Positions 55,500-63,123 of a DNA stretch of 64,000 nucleotides are shown piece by piece (position 1 is the first letter of the stretch; each line of letters begins with the position of its first letter). Under the pieces are notes generated by a model. It searched no databases, was not told the origin of the DNA, and worked only from the letters and a program-made list of their open reading frames with translations. A program made the translations under genes and the position numbers. The stretch is from an uncultured Pelagibacteraceae bacterium (GTDB lineage Bacteria > Pseudomonadota > Alphaproteobacteria > Pelagibacterales > Pelagibacteraceae). The stretch spans positions 4,781 to 68,780 of the forward strand of contig CACJNI010000006.1 in NCBI GenBank assembly GCA_902594705.1, in the 5' to 3' direction.

Positions 55500-56554
55500 T
55501 GAAAAAAGCAGAAGTAAAATTTGAAAATATTACAAAAAAATTTAATGAGACTGTAGCAGTAGATAATGTGAGTTGTACTTTTGAAGCAGGAACACTGACT
55601 ACATTATTAGGTCCCTCTGGATGTGGAAAAACTACTTCTTTAAGAATTATTGCTGGTTTAGAAAGAGCTACCAGTGGCAGAATATTAGTAGAAAATGAAG
55701 ATGTAACATTATTACCAGCAACAGATAGAGATGTATCTATGGTATTCCAATCTTATGCTTTGTTCCCACATATGAGTGTGCTTGAAAATGTATCTTATGG
55801 TTTGAAGATGATAAATGTTCCAAAAGAAGAATTTACAGAAAAGTCGTTAGAAACTCTTAAGTTAGTTAATTTAGAAGGTTATGAAAATAGGATGCCCTCA
55901 GAGTTATCTGGAGGTCAACAACAAAGAGTAGCTGTTGCAAGAGCAATTGTGCTAAAACCAAAGGTTCTACTCTTTGACGAGCCTTTATCTAATTTAGATG
56001 CAAAATTAAGAAGACAAGTAAGAGAGGATATTAGAGAAATTCAACAAAAACTTGGAGTAACTACAATTTATGTAACTCATGATCAAGAGGAAGCATTAGC
56101 AATTTCTGACAAAGTAATTGTAATGAACAATGCTATTATTGCTCAACAAGGTAGCCCAAAAGAATTGTATAATTTTCCTAAAACTAAATTTGTAGCCAAC
56201 TTCATAGGAGATGCAAATGTTGTTAAAGCTGAAATCATTAATCAAAATAATAATTTTTACGAGATTCAATTAGCAGAAATGAAAATTAATATAGAAAGTG
56301 ATCAAAAATTAGAAAGTTCAGTTTCTGTCTCTTTAAGACCAGAAAAAATAACTATTTCAAAAAGTCCTGAAGAAAACTCAATACATGCATCTGTTAATAA
56401 CGCGTCATTCGTTGGAAATAGTTATCAATATATAGTCAATTCAAAAGTCGGTAAGATTTATGTTGTTTCTAGTGATACCAATGAAATATTTAATGTTGGA
56501 GAAAACGTTTACTTAAAATTCGACGAAAAAGAATTACGGTTGCTTAACGATTAA
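55499..56554 (+). CDS. ABC ATP-binding protein (FbpC/PotA type with C-terminal TOBE-like domain)
   Basis: GPSGCGKTT, LSGGQQQR, LLFDEPLSNLD, THDQ. ~110-aa C-terminal beta-rich extension. ATG overlaps the permease stop. Confidence 0.9.
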   Translation: MKKAEVKFENITKKFNETVAVDNVSCTFEAGTLTTLLGPSGCGKTTSLRIIAGLERATSGRILVENEDVTLLPATDRDVSMVFQSYALFPHMSVLENVSYGLKMINVPKEEFTEKSLETLKLVNLEGYENRMPSELSGGQQQRVAVARAIVLKPKVLLFDEPLSNLDAKLRRQVREDIREIQQKLGVTTIYVTHDQEEALAISDKVIVMNNAIIAQQGSPKELYNFPKTKFVANFIGDANVVKAEIINQNNNFYEIQLAEMKINIESDQKLESSVSVSLRPEKITISKSPEENSIHASVNNASFVGNSYQYIVNSKVGKIYVVSSDTNEIFNVGENVYLKFDEKELRLLND

Positions 56555-56557
56555 GGA

Positions 56558-58483
56558 TTAACCTTTTCCTCTCCAAGGAATTGTCTTATCTATAATTTTT
56601 CTCAAAGTTACGTCAAATAGAAGACCCAACATACCCATAATAAAAATTGTGATCCAAATTACTTCATATTGAAAATACTTTTTGGCAACATTTTCAACAA
56701 ATCCAATTCCAGTTGTACCTGCTAAAAATTCTGCTGCAACTAAAGTTCCCCAGCACATACCGACGGCTACTCTAATACCTGTTAAAATTTCAGGTAAAGA
56801 ATTTGGAAAAATAACATATCTAAGTATCTGTCTTTTAGAAGCACCAAGAGAATGCGCTGCATGTATTTTAGATAACTGTGTACCTGATGCTCCGGCTCTA
56901 GCTGAAATGATCATTATAGATAATGAAACCATAAATAATAAAAATACTTTTCCAGTATTATCAATCCCTAAAACCGAGATTATTAAAGGAGCCCACGCAA
57001 GAGGGGGTACTGGTCTATACAGTTCAATTAATGGATCAAAGAAACCTTTAGCAAATCTATTTAAACCCATAAAAAGTCCTAATGGTACACCAATCAATAT
57101 TCCAAAAACTAATCCTAGAAAAACTCTTAAAAATGAATCCCAAATATGACCATAAGGAACAGGGATTTTAAATAATTTAAAATCACCAGTAACAATTTTT
57201 AAAACTTTACCTTTAAAATTTTGCTTAACCACACCGTCTTTAGTGTGAACCGGATATTCTCCAGGCAAAACATCGGCTATCCAATCCGGCAATATAAAGC
57301 CAATTATCTGGCTTACATCCATCATATCAATCCAAAGAAGTGGGATATTTTTGTAACCTACACTTGGCTTAGACATTAAAATAAATTTATTAAGTGTATC
57401 GGAGGGTTTTGGTAACCATCTACCTGAACCTTGCTCAGAACAACTAGGACCACTTGCAACTATAGTTCCAGCAGGGAATAAAAGAATGTCAATTAATCTT
57501 AAACCTCCTTGCTCAGTTTTTTGAAGATTATCAAATTCTATAATTGCATTTTGCATTTCATTAAGAGCATTTGGTGGATAAATACTTGCAAATTCAATTC
57601 TTCTTGCAATTTTTACAATGTTTTTTGCGTAAGTAGATGCCACTTCCTCAGTGTCATCTAAATTTTTTCTATATAATTTTATCTCTGATTTAAGTTCTTT
57701 TATTGCATTTTTGAATTGAGGATTATGGTTTCTTAATTTAAAAAATTTATCATTAATTTTTTTTAATTGTTCAGCTGCAGCGTGAAATTTCAACCCTCTA
57801 TCTGTTTCAGGCACTAAAGGCACTTCAATAGTATTTTCTATTGATCCTGTTCCGGCACTTACAGTTACTATGCCCCAGCTTCCTTGCTCATCAATTGCTT
57901 TTTGTCTTTCATTTTTTTGCTCTGGTGTTTCAAATGGATAATCTTTCTTTTGAAAATTAGTACTTAATAATCTAATTTCATCAGTCATCTCATCTATTTT
58001 AATTTTTGTGTTAATCTCCATTAGATTATCGTTAGTAAGTAATGGAATTAATTTGTTTGTTTTATTAATAAAACCAACTAATGCAGTTTTCTGTATGTTG
58101 CTTAAATCTGGCGAATTTTGAATTTCTAAACTTATTTTTTTAAGATTTTTATTTTCTATTTTTATTATTGAAGTACTTTTGAATTCTCTTTCTTCAATTG
58201 GAAATTGATATTTTAATCCTAATAAAGACTCATTTATTTTTGCGACCTGACATAATTCATTTGCTGATTTTGGATAAAATCCTTTTGCAATATCCCAAGA
58301 ATAATAAAGCCAAACTAACAATATTGCACTACTTCCGACAATTATCCAATGAGTTCCACCTTTTGCTCTTTCTGGATTTCCAAAAACTGCATCAACTTTT
58401 TCAGTTTTTATTAAACGTCTTCCATAAAGTATGCACCCGATAATTGATACGAGAATTAATATTGTTATTATTTGAGTAAACAT
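56558..58483 (-). CDS. tauC: Taurine/sulfonate-type (NitT/TauT family) ABC permease with a ~440-aa N-terminal extension, 641 aa
   Basis: The C-terminal ~200 aa align to the TauC/SsuC core (LRVFLGLVFGILIGVPLGLFMG...LYRPVPPLAWAPL...AHSLGASKRQILRYVIFP). The N-terminal part has 2 TM helices (aa 4-20, 45-62) and then a ~380-aa Lys/Glu/Asn-rich domain. Confidence 0.8.
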   Translation of the reverse strand: MFTQIITILILVSIIGCILYGRRLIKTEKVDAVFGNPERAKGGTHWIIVGSSAILLVWLYYSWDIAKGFYPKSANELCQVAKINESLLGLKYQFPIEEREFKSTSIIKIENKNLKKISLEIQNSPDLSNIQKTALVGFINKTNKLIPLLTNDNLMEINTKIKIDEMTDEIRLLSTNFQKKDYPFETPEQKNERQKAIDEQGSWGIVTVSAGTGSIENTIEVPLVPETDRGLKFHAAAEQLKKINDKFFKLRNHNPQFKNAIKELKSEIKLYRKNLDDTEEVASTYAKNIVKIARRIEFASIYPPNALNEMQNAIIEFDNLQKTEQGGLRLIDILLFPAGTIVASGPSCSEQGSGRWLPKPSDTLNKFILMSKPSVGYKNIPLLWIDMMDVSQIIGFILPDWIADVLPGEYPVHTKDGVVKQNFKGKVLKIVTGDFKLFKIPVPYGHIWDSFLRVFLGLVFGILIGVPLGLFMGLNRFAKGFFDPLIELYRPVPPLAWAPLIISVLGIDNTGKVFLLFMVSLSIMIISARAGASGTQLSKIHAAHSLGASKRQILRYVIFPNSLPEILTGIRVAVGMCWGTLVAAEFLAGTTGIGFVENVAKKYFQYEVIWITIFIMGMLGLLFDVTLRKIIDKTIPWRGKG

Positions 58484-59281
58484 TTAATTTTCTTTTCCCA
58501 TAATTTCTTCCTCCATGTTCCAAATCATGGATAAAATTTCTTCTCTTTTTGATGAAAAATCTTTATTTTTTTTTATTTCTCTTAAATCTTCTTTTAATCC
58601 CATCTCTGCAAATGGAAGATTATATTCTTTATGTATCCTACCTGGTCTTGGTGCCATTACATACAACCTTTCACCAAGCAGTAGTGCTTCCTCAACCGAG
58701 TGCGTAATTAAAATAATTGTTTTTCCAGTTTCTTTCCAAATTTTCAAAACTAAAGATTGCATTTTTTCTCTTGTTAAAGCATCAAGAGCACCTAAAGGCT
58801 CATCCATTAAAATCAAATCAGGATCATTGATTAAACATCTTGCAAGAGCTACTCTTTGCTGCATTCCTCCAGATAATTGATATGTTGGGGTATTTCCAAA
58901 TCCTTTTAAGCCAACAATCTCCAGCCACTCATCAACTTTTTTCGAAGTTTCTATAGGATCTTTTTTTTTCATTCTAAGACCAAAGTTTACGTTCTCTGCA
59001 ACAGTCAACCATTCGAATAATGCACCTTGTTGAAAAACCATGCCTCTTTCAACTCCAGGTCCATCAATTTCTTTACCATTCAAAGTTATATTTCCAGATG
59101 TTGGTCTTAAGAAACCAGCTGCAATATTTAATAAAGTTGTTTTTCCACAACCAGAGGGCCCAAGGACAGTTAACAGTTCTCCTTTTTTTAATTTGAAATT
59201 TAAATCTTTTAAAGCATGAACAGTCTCTCCTTTTGGAGTTTTGAAAATCATGTTTAAGTTTTGAGATATTAAATCACTCAT
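58484..59281 (-). CDS. tauB: Taurine/sulfonate-type ABC ATP-binding protein
   Basis: GPSGCGKTT, LSGGMQQR, ILMDEPLGALD, THS. 265 aa. Abuts the permease gene with 0-nt spacer. Confidence 0.85.
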   Translation of the reverse strand: MSDLISQNLNMIFKTPKGETVHALKDLNFKLKKGELLTVLGPSGCGKTTLLNIAAGFLRPTSGNITLNGKEIDGPGVERGMVFQQGALFEWLTVAENVNFGLRMKKKDPIETSKKVDEWLEIVGLKGFGNTPTYQLSGGMQQRVALARCLINDPDLILMDEPLGALDALTREKMQSLVLKIWKETGKTIILITHSVEEALLLGERLYVMAPRPGRIHKEYNLPFAEMGLKEDLREIKKNKDFSSKREEILSMIWNMEEEIMGKEN

Positions 59282-59309
59282 TAGTTGACTTTATATAAAA
59301 TATTTACTT

Positions 59310-59342
59310 AAAAAAATAGGCACCAATAAAATTGGCGCCTAT
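59310..59342 (-). terminator. Intercistronic rho-independent terminator/attenuator after tauA
   Basis: Minus-strand RNA reads ATAGGCGCCAAT-TTT-ATTGGTGCCTAT, a 12-bp stem with one G-U pair, followed by TTTTTT. On the plus strand the same position is an A-C mismatch, so the structure is optimised for the tauA transcript. Confidence 0.75.
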
Positions 59343-59363
59343 TTAATTATTCTAATCTTTAAA

Positions 59364-60305
59364 TTATAAAGGTAAGAAACTAGTGTCTACTGCTCCACCT
59401 GGAGTTCCCATTCCTTTTAAGAATGCATCTAAGTTTCCACTTTCCATAGATTTTTTAGTTTCTTCTGGAGTTAAGAATTTGAAACCACTTAAAGTGTCTT
59501 TCATATCAGCAATTTTCATTTCTGAAGCTTTTGACATAGAATTCATATCACTTTTTCCATTTCTATATCTTTCATTTGCTTCATGAGTTACTTCAATAAA
59601 AGTTCTCAACATTCCAGGATTTTCCTTCATAAACTTGTCTGTTACAGAAGTTATATCTATTCCTAAAATACCTGCATCTCTTGCTTCTTGAACTGTTAAA
59701 AGTCTTGATCCTACAGCAACCGCAGCTTTGATAGAATTACCACCAAATAAACATGCCATCACTACATCTCCACTTACTAATGCAGCCGCACCTTCTTCTG
59801 GATCCATTTGAATAATATCCATTTTGCTTCTGTCAGCTCCGACAACTTTCATACTTTCGTCAAAAACGTACTCAGCCATAGTACCTAACGGAACAGCAAC
59901 TTTTTTACCTTCTAATTCAGTTGCATTTGCTTTTGTTATTCCTGATGCATTAGATGTTACACAAGTTGTTCCACCCATTCCGTATTCCATTGCAATATCA
60001 ACTAATTTGATAGGTGCATTTGATTTTACAGCATTAATAAATGGTACTAAACCTTGTGAGTAAGAAATATCAATATCTCCTGCTAACATTGCATCTGTCA
60101 TTGCTCCACCATTTGTGAAGTTTGTCCATTTTACTGGAACTCCTAAAGCTTTAGCAAAATTCTTTTTTTGCATGTCCTCTAAATTTGGACTTGGCCACTC
60201 TAGAAAGTATGCAACTCTAACTTCGTTCGCAGCAGAGTTTGCTGCTGTGATTGTTAAGTTTAGAGCAAATAAACTTCCTAAAATGAAACTAACTATTTTT
60301 TTCAT
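59364..60305 (-). CDS. tauA: Taurine-type ABC substrate-binding protein (NMT1/SsuA/TauA family)
   Basis: Signal peptide, 313 aa. The overall block order parallels E. coli TauA as I recall it (VAY...W..F..G......A.GD.DI, ...VAVP.G..., ...LTPEE...). SD AGGAGA upstream. Followed by tauB/tauC and divergent from an aminotransferase-ald pair. Confidence 0.75.
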   Translation of the reverse strand: MKKIVSFILGSLFALNLTITAANSAANEVRVAYFLEWPSPNLEDMQKKNFAKALGVPVKWTNFTNGGAMTDAMLAGDIDISYSQGLVPFINAVKSNAPIKLVDIAMEYGMGGTTCVTSNASGITKANATELEGKKVAVPLGTMAEYVFDESMKVVGADRSKMDIIQMDPEEGAAALVSGDVVMACLFGGNSIKAAVAVGSRLLTVQEARDAGILGIDITSVTDKFMKENPGMLRTFIEVTHEANERYRNGKSDMNSMSKASEMKIADMKDTLSGFKFLTPEETKKSMESGNLDAFLKGMGTPGGAVDTSFLPL

Positions 60306-60478
60306 TTCATCTCCTGTTAATTAAATTTAATTATCGATATTTAAGTTTAAATTTTCTTTTAAGTAAATGATGAATAAATTACACAGGCTTCAAAAGTCAT
60401 AAGTTACAACCTATAGTTGCGGTCATTTAACATAGCAAGTATGACTAAAATTTACTGGTTAATTTATATAATTAGTCT

Positions 60479-61840
60479 ATGAATCGAAACATAATTATGA
60501 GTTCAGAAAAACCTCAAATACCAAATTCTTTAAATGAACATTGGATGCCATTTACATCCAATAGAGATTTTAAAGAGTCTCCAAGATTAATTGTAGAAGC
60601 AAAAGGTGTTTATTTAAAAAATCATCAAGGTCAAACTCAGATAGATGCAAGCTCGGGATTATTTTGTAATCCTTTAGGTCATGGAAGAGAAGAAATTATT
60701 AATGCAATTACAAATCAATTAAAAAAATTAGACTATGCTCAACCATTTCAACAAGGTTTTGGAGGTTCATTTGAACTTGCAACAAAAATTTCAAAACATA
60801 CACCAGGGAATTTAAATAGAATTTTTTATACAATTTGTGGATCTACTGCTGTTGAGACTGCAATAAAAATTGCAGTTGCATATCATAAAGCAAGAGGTGA
60901 AGGACATAGATTTAGGTTTGTTGGAAGAGAAAGAGGCTATCATGGAATGAATATCGGAGCTACTTCTGTTGGCGGAATGATTAACAACGTGAAAACATTT
61001 GCCAATGTTTTGATGCCAGGTGTTCTTCACATGAGACATACACATTTACCAGAACATAAATTTGTTTCTGGTCAACCTGAAACTGGTGCGGAAATGGCAG
61101 AAGACCTTGAGAGAATTTGTACAAATTTTGGCTCAGAAAATATAGCAGCTTGCATTGTTGAACCAATTGCTGGATCAACAGGAACTTTAGTTCCACCAAA
61201 AGGATATTTGCAAAGACTAAGAGAAATTTGCGATAAGCATGGTATTTTATTAGTTTTTGACGAAGTTATTACAGGTTGGGGAAGAACAGGTTCACCTTTT
61301 GCATCTCAAGAATACGGAGTTACACCTGATATTATAACAATGGCTAAAGCTACAACAAATGGAATAAGTCCTTTAGGTGCAGTTGCGTGTAAAGAAGAAA
61401 TTTATGACACAGTTATGGATGGATCTCCAAAAGGAACAATAGAATTATTTCATGGTTACACTTACTCTGGTATTCCTGTCTCAGTAGCTGCAGGCTTAGC
61501 GGTTCAAGATATTTTTGAAAAAGATGATATCTTTAATAGAGCAAAAAATTTATCTCCATATTTCCAAGAAGGTTTAATGTCTTTAAAAGATATTGATGTT
61601 GTTGATAACATAAGAGGTTATGGAATGATGGGTGGTATTGATATTAAAATGCATAAAAAACCTGGCGCAGCAGGATTTACATGTTTCAAACACTGCTATG
61701 ATGCAGGAGTTAACTTTAAAGCGACTGGAGATTGTTTAATTATTGCTCCAATGTTTATCTGTGAAAAAAAACATATTGATGAAATAATCGAGAAACTAAG
61801 AACTGGTATTACAAACTATTCAAAAAGCAAAAAAAATTAA
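60479..61840 (+). CDS. Class-III (omega-amino acid:pyruvate) aminotransferase; candidate taurine:pyruvate aminotransferase (Tpa) or beta-alanine:pyruvate transaminase
   Basis: HWMPFTSNRDF N-terminal block, DEVITGWGRTG, PLP-Lys in ITMAKATTNG, HGYTYSG. Context: between tauABC and ald. Confidence 0.8.
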   Translation: MNRNIIMSSEKPQIPNSLNEHWMPFTSNRDFKESPRLIVEAKGVYLKNHQGQTQIDASSGLFCNPLGHGREEIINAITNQLKKLDYAQPFQQGFGGSFELATKISKHTPGNLNRIFYTICGSTAVETAIKIAVAYHKARGEGHRFRFVGRERGYHGMNIGATSVGGMINNVKTFANVLMPGVLHMRHTHLPEHKFVSGQPETGAEMAEDLERICTNFGSENIAACIVEPIAGSTGTLVPPKGYLQRLREICDKHGILLVFDEVITGWGRTGSPFASQEYGVTPDIITMAKATTNGISPLGAVACKEEIYDTVMDGSPKGTIELFHGYTYSGIPVSVAAGLAVQDIFEKDDIFNRAKNLSPYFQEGLMSLKDIDVVDNIRGYGMMGGIDIKMHKKPGAAGFTCFKHCYDAGVNFKATGDCLIIAPMFICEKKHIDEIIEKLRTGITNYSKSKKN

Positions 61841-61849
61841 TTTAATTCT

Positions 61850-62968
61850 ATGAAAATCGGGGTTCCAAAAGAAATAAAGCCTCAAGAAAATAGAATTGGA
61901 CTCACTCCCGAAAGTGTAAAGACATTAACTTCTAATGGCCACGAAGTTTTAATTGAAAATAATGGAGGTTTTGAAGCAGGATTTGAAAACGATCATTACG
62001 TATCAAGTGGAGCAAAAATAGTTAATACAGCTGAAGATATATTTAACGACTCCGACATCATTGTTAAAGTCAAAGAGCCACAATCTAGCGAAGTAAGAAT
62101 GATAAGAGAAAATCAAGTTGTCTTTACATATCTTCATCTTGCTGCAGCCAAGGAACTGACACAAGGTTTAATAGACAGCAAATCAATATGCATCGCTTAT
62201 GAAACAGTCACAGATAATAACGGAAGACTTCCTTTGTTAGCACCAATGAGTGCAGTAGCTGGAAGAATGTCAGTACAAGCGGGTGCACATTGTTTAGAAA
62301 AAAATCAAAAAGGCCGTGGTCTTTTGTTAGGAGGAGCTCCTGGTGTAGAGCCTGGAAATGTAGTTATACTTGGAGGTGGAGTAGTAGGAGAAAATGCTGC
62401 TATAATTGCAACAGGCATGAAAGCCAAAGTTAATATTGTAGATAAATCTGAAAAAAGATTAAACGAACTTACCCAAATGTTTGGAGATAAAATAATACCT
62501 AATTTAAGTGATAAAACTGATTTAGAAAAATTAATTTCCGAATGTGATTTGTTAGTAGGTGGTGTTTTGATACCAGGTGCTGAGGCACCAAAATTAGTTA
62601 CAAAGAATATGTTAAAAAAAATGAAAAGGGGATCAGTAATTGTAGATGTTGCAATTGATCAAGGAGGATGTGTTGAAACCAGTAAACCGACTACTTTTGC
62701 AGAACCAACTTTTATAATAGATGATATAATTCATTATTGCGTTGCAAATATGCCCGGTGGTGTTCCTAGAACATCAACAATTGCATTGAATAAAGCAACA
62801 CTTCCTTTTTTATCTAAATTAGCAAAAGATGGATACTTAAAAGCTTTAAATGATGATCAAAATTTTCAAGCAGGATTAAATATATTTAAAGGAGGTGTTA
62901 CTCATAAAGCTGTAGCTGATGTATTTGGTCATGATTATTTACCAGCTCAAAAAGCATTGCTTAATTAA
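61850..62968 (+). CDS. ald: Alanine dehydrogenase
   Basis: MKIGVPKEIKPQENRIGLTPESV N-terminus, VKVKEP, LGGGVVGENAA Rossmann motif, VDVAIDQGG. 372 aa. Confidence 0.9.
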   Translation: MKIGVPKEIKPQENRIGLTPESVKTLTSNGHEVLIENNGGFEAGFENDHYVSSGAKIVNTAEDIFNDSDIIVKVKEPQSSEVRMIRENQVVFTYLHLAAAKELTQGLIDSKSICIAYETVTDNNGRLPLLAPMSAVAGRMSVQAGAHCLEKNQKGRGLLLGGAPGVEPGNVVILGGGVVGENAAIIATGMKAKVNIVDKSEKRLNELTQMFGDKIIPNLSDKTDLEKLISECDLLVGGVLIPGAEAPKLVTKNMLKKMKRGSVIVDVAIDQGGCVETSKPTTFAEPTFIIDDIIHYCVANMPGGVPRTSTIALNKATLPFLSKLAKDGYLKALNDDQNFQAGLNIFKGGVTHKAVADVFGHDYLPAQKALLN

Positions 62969-62998
62969 AATCCCTAATTTTTCTTGCTTTTTCATAAA

Positions 62999-63026
62999 TT
63001 GACAAAAAAAAAATTAATTCTATATA
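62999..63026 (+). promoter_or_regulatory. Sigma70-like promoter candidate with no annotated downstream gene
   Basis: TTGACA (62999-63004), 16-nt spacer, TATATA (63021-63026). Lies in a convergent intergenic region. A chance match is possible in AT-rich DNA. Confidence 0.3.
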
Positions 63027-63094
63027 GCAGTCGTAATTTAAAAAATTATTCCTGAATTTAACATTCATTTATTTCTCTCTTTTTTGTTGAATTC

Positions 63095-63114
63095 ACCTCC
63101 TCGAAAGGGGAGGT
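63095..63114 (+). other. GC-rich hairpin with GAAA tetraloop in the ald / thioredoxin-like convergent spacer
   Basis: ACCTCCTC-GAAA-GGGGAGGT, 8 bp with one G-U pair on the plus-strand RNA (an A-C mismatch on the minus strand). No U-tract on either side. Confidence 0.5.
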
Positions 63115-63123
63115 AAAAAGGAA

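Noticed and set aside
311-61199. All other short track ORFs (60-155 aa) that lie inside or antisense to larger genes. Examples: 311-496, 1804-2016, 2541-2762, 3324-3518, 3911-4135, 6417-6623, 8998-9207, 10469-10663, 11216-11440, 11822-12169, 12536-12724, 16916-17170, 19709-20017, 20491-20715, 23398-23595, 24084-24320, 24462-24713, 29058-29240, 30427-30615, 30766-31134, 31584-31946, 32380-32661, 36111-36302, 39943-40257, 41452-41718, 42103-42363, 42917-43102, 44979-45254, 47241-47444, 49149-49349, 56682-57149, 58198-58443, 58515-58880, 59383-59586, 59824-60063, 60115-60324, 60812-61045, 60981-61199.
   Set aside because: Each overlaps a longer ORF that has convincing family signatures. None has an independent spacer, SD or recognisable motif. 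They are best explained as frame shadows.
62961-63068. 35-codon minus-strand ORF (MNVKFRNNFLNYDCYIELIFFLSIYEKARKIRDFN) in the ald/thioredoxin spacer, preceded by AGAGAG.
   Set aside because: It is below any reliable length threshold, has low-complexity AT-driven composition, overlaps the 3' end of ald, and cannot be checked for conservation here. I kept the spacer as an sRNA/hairpin candidate instead.
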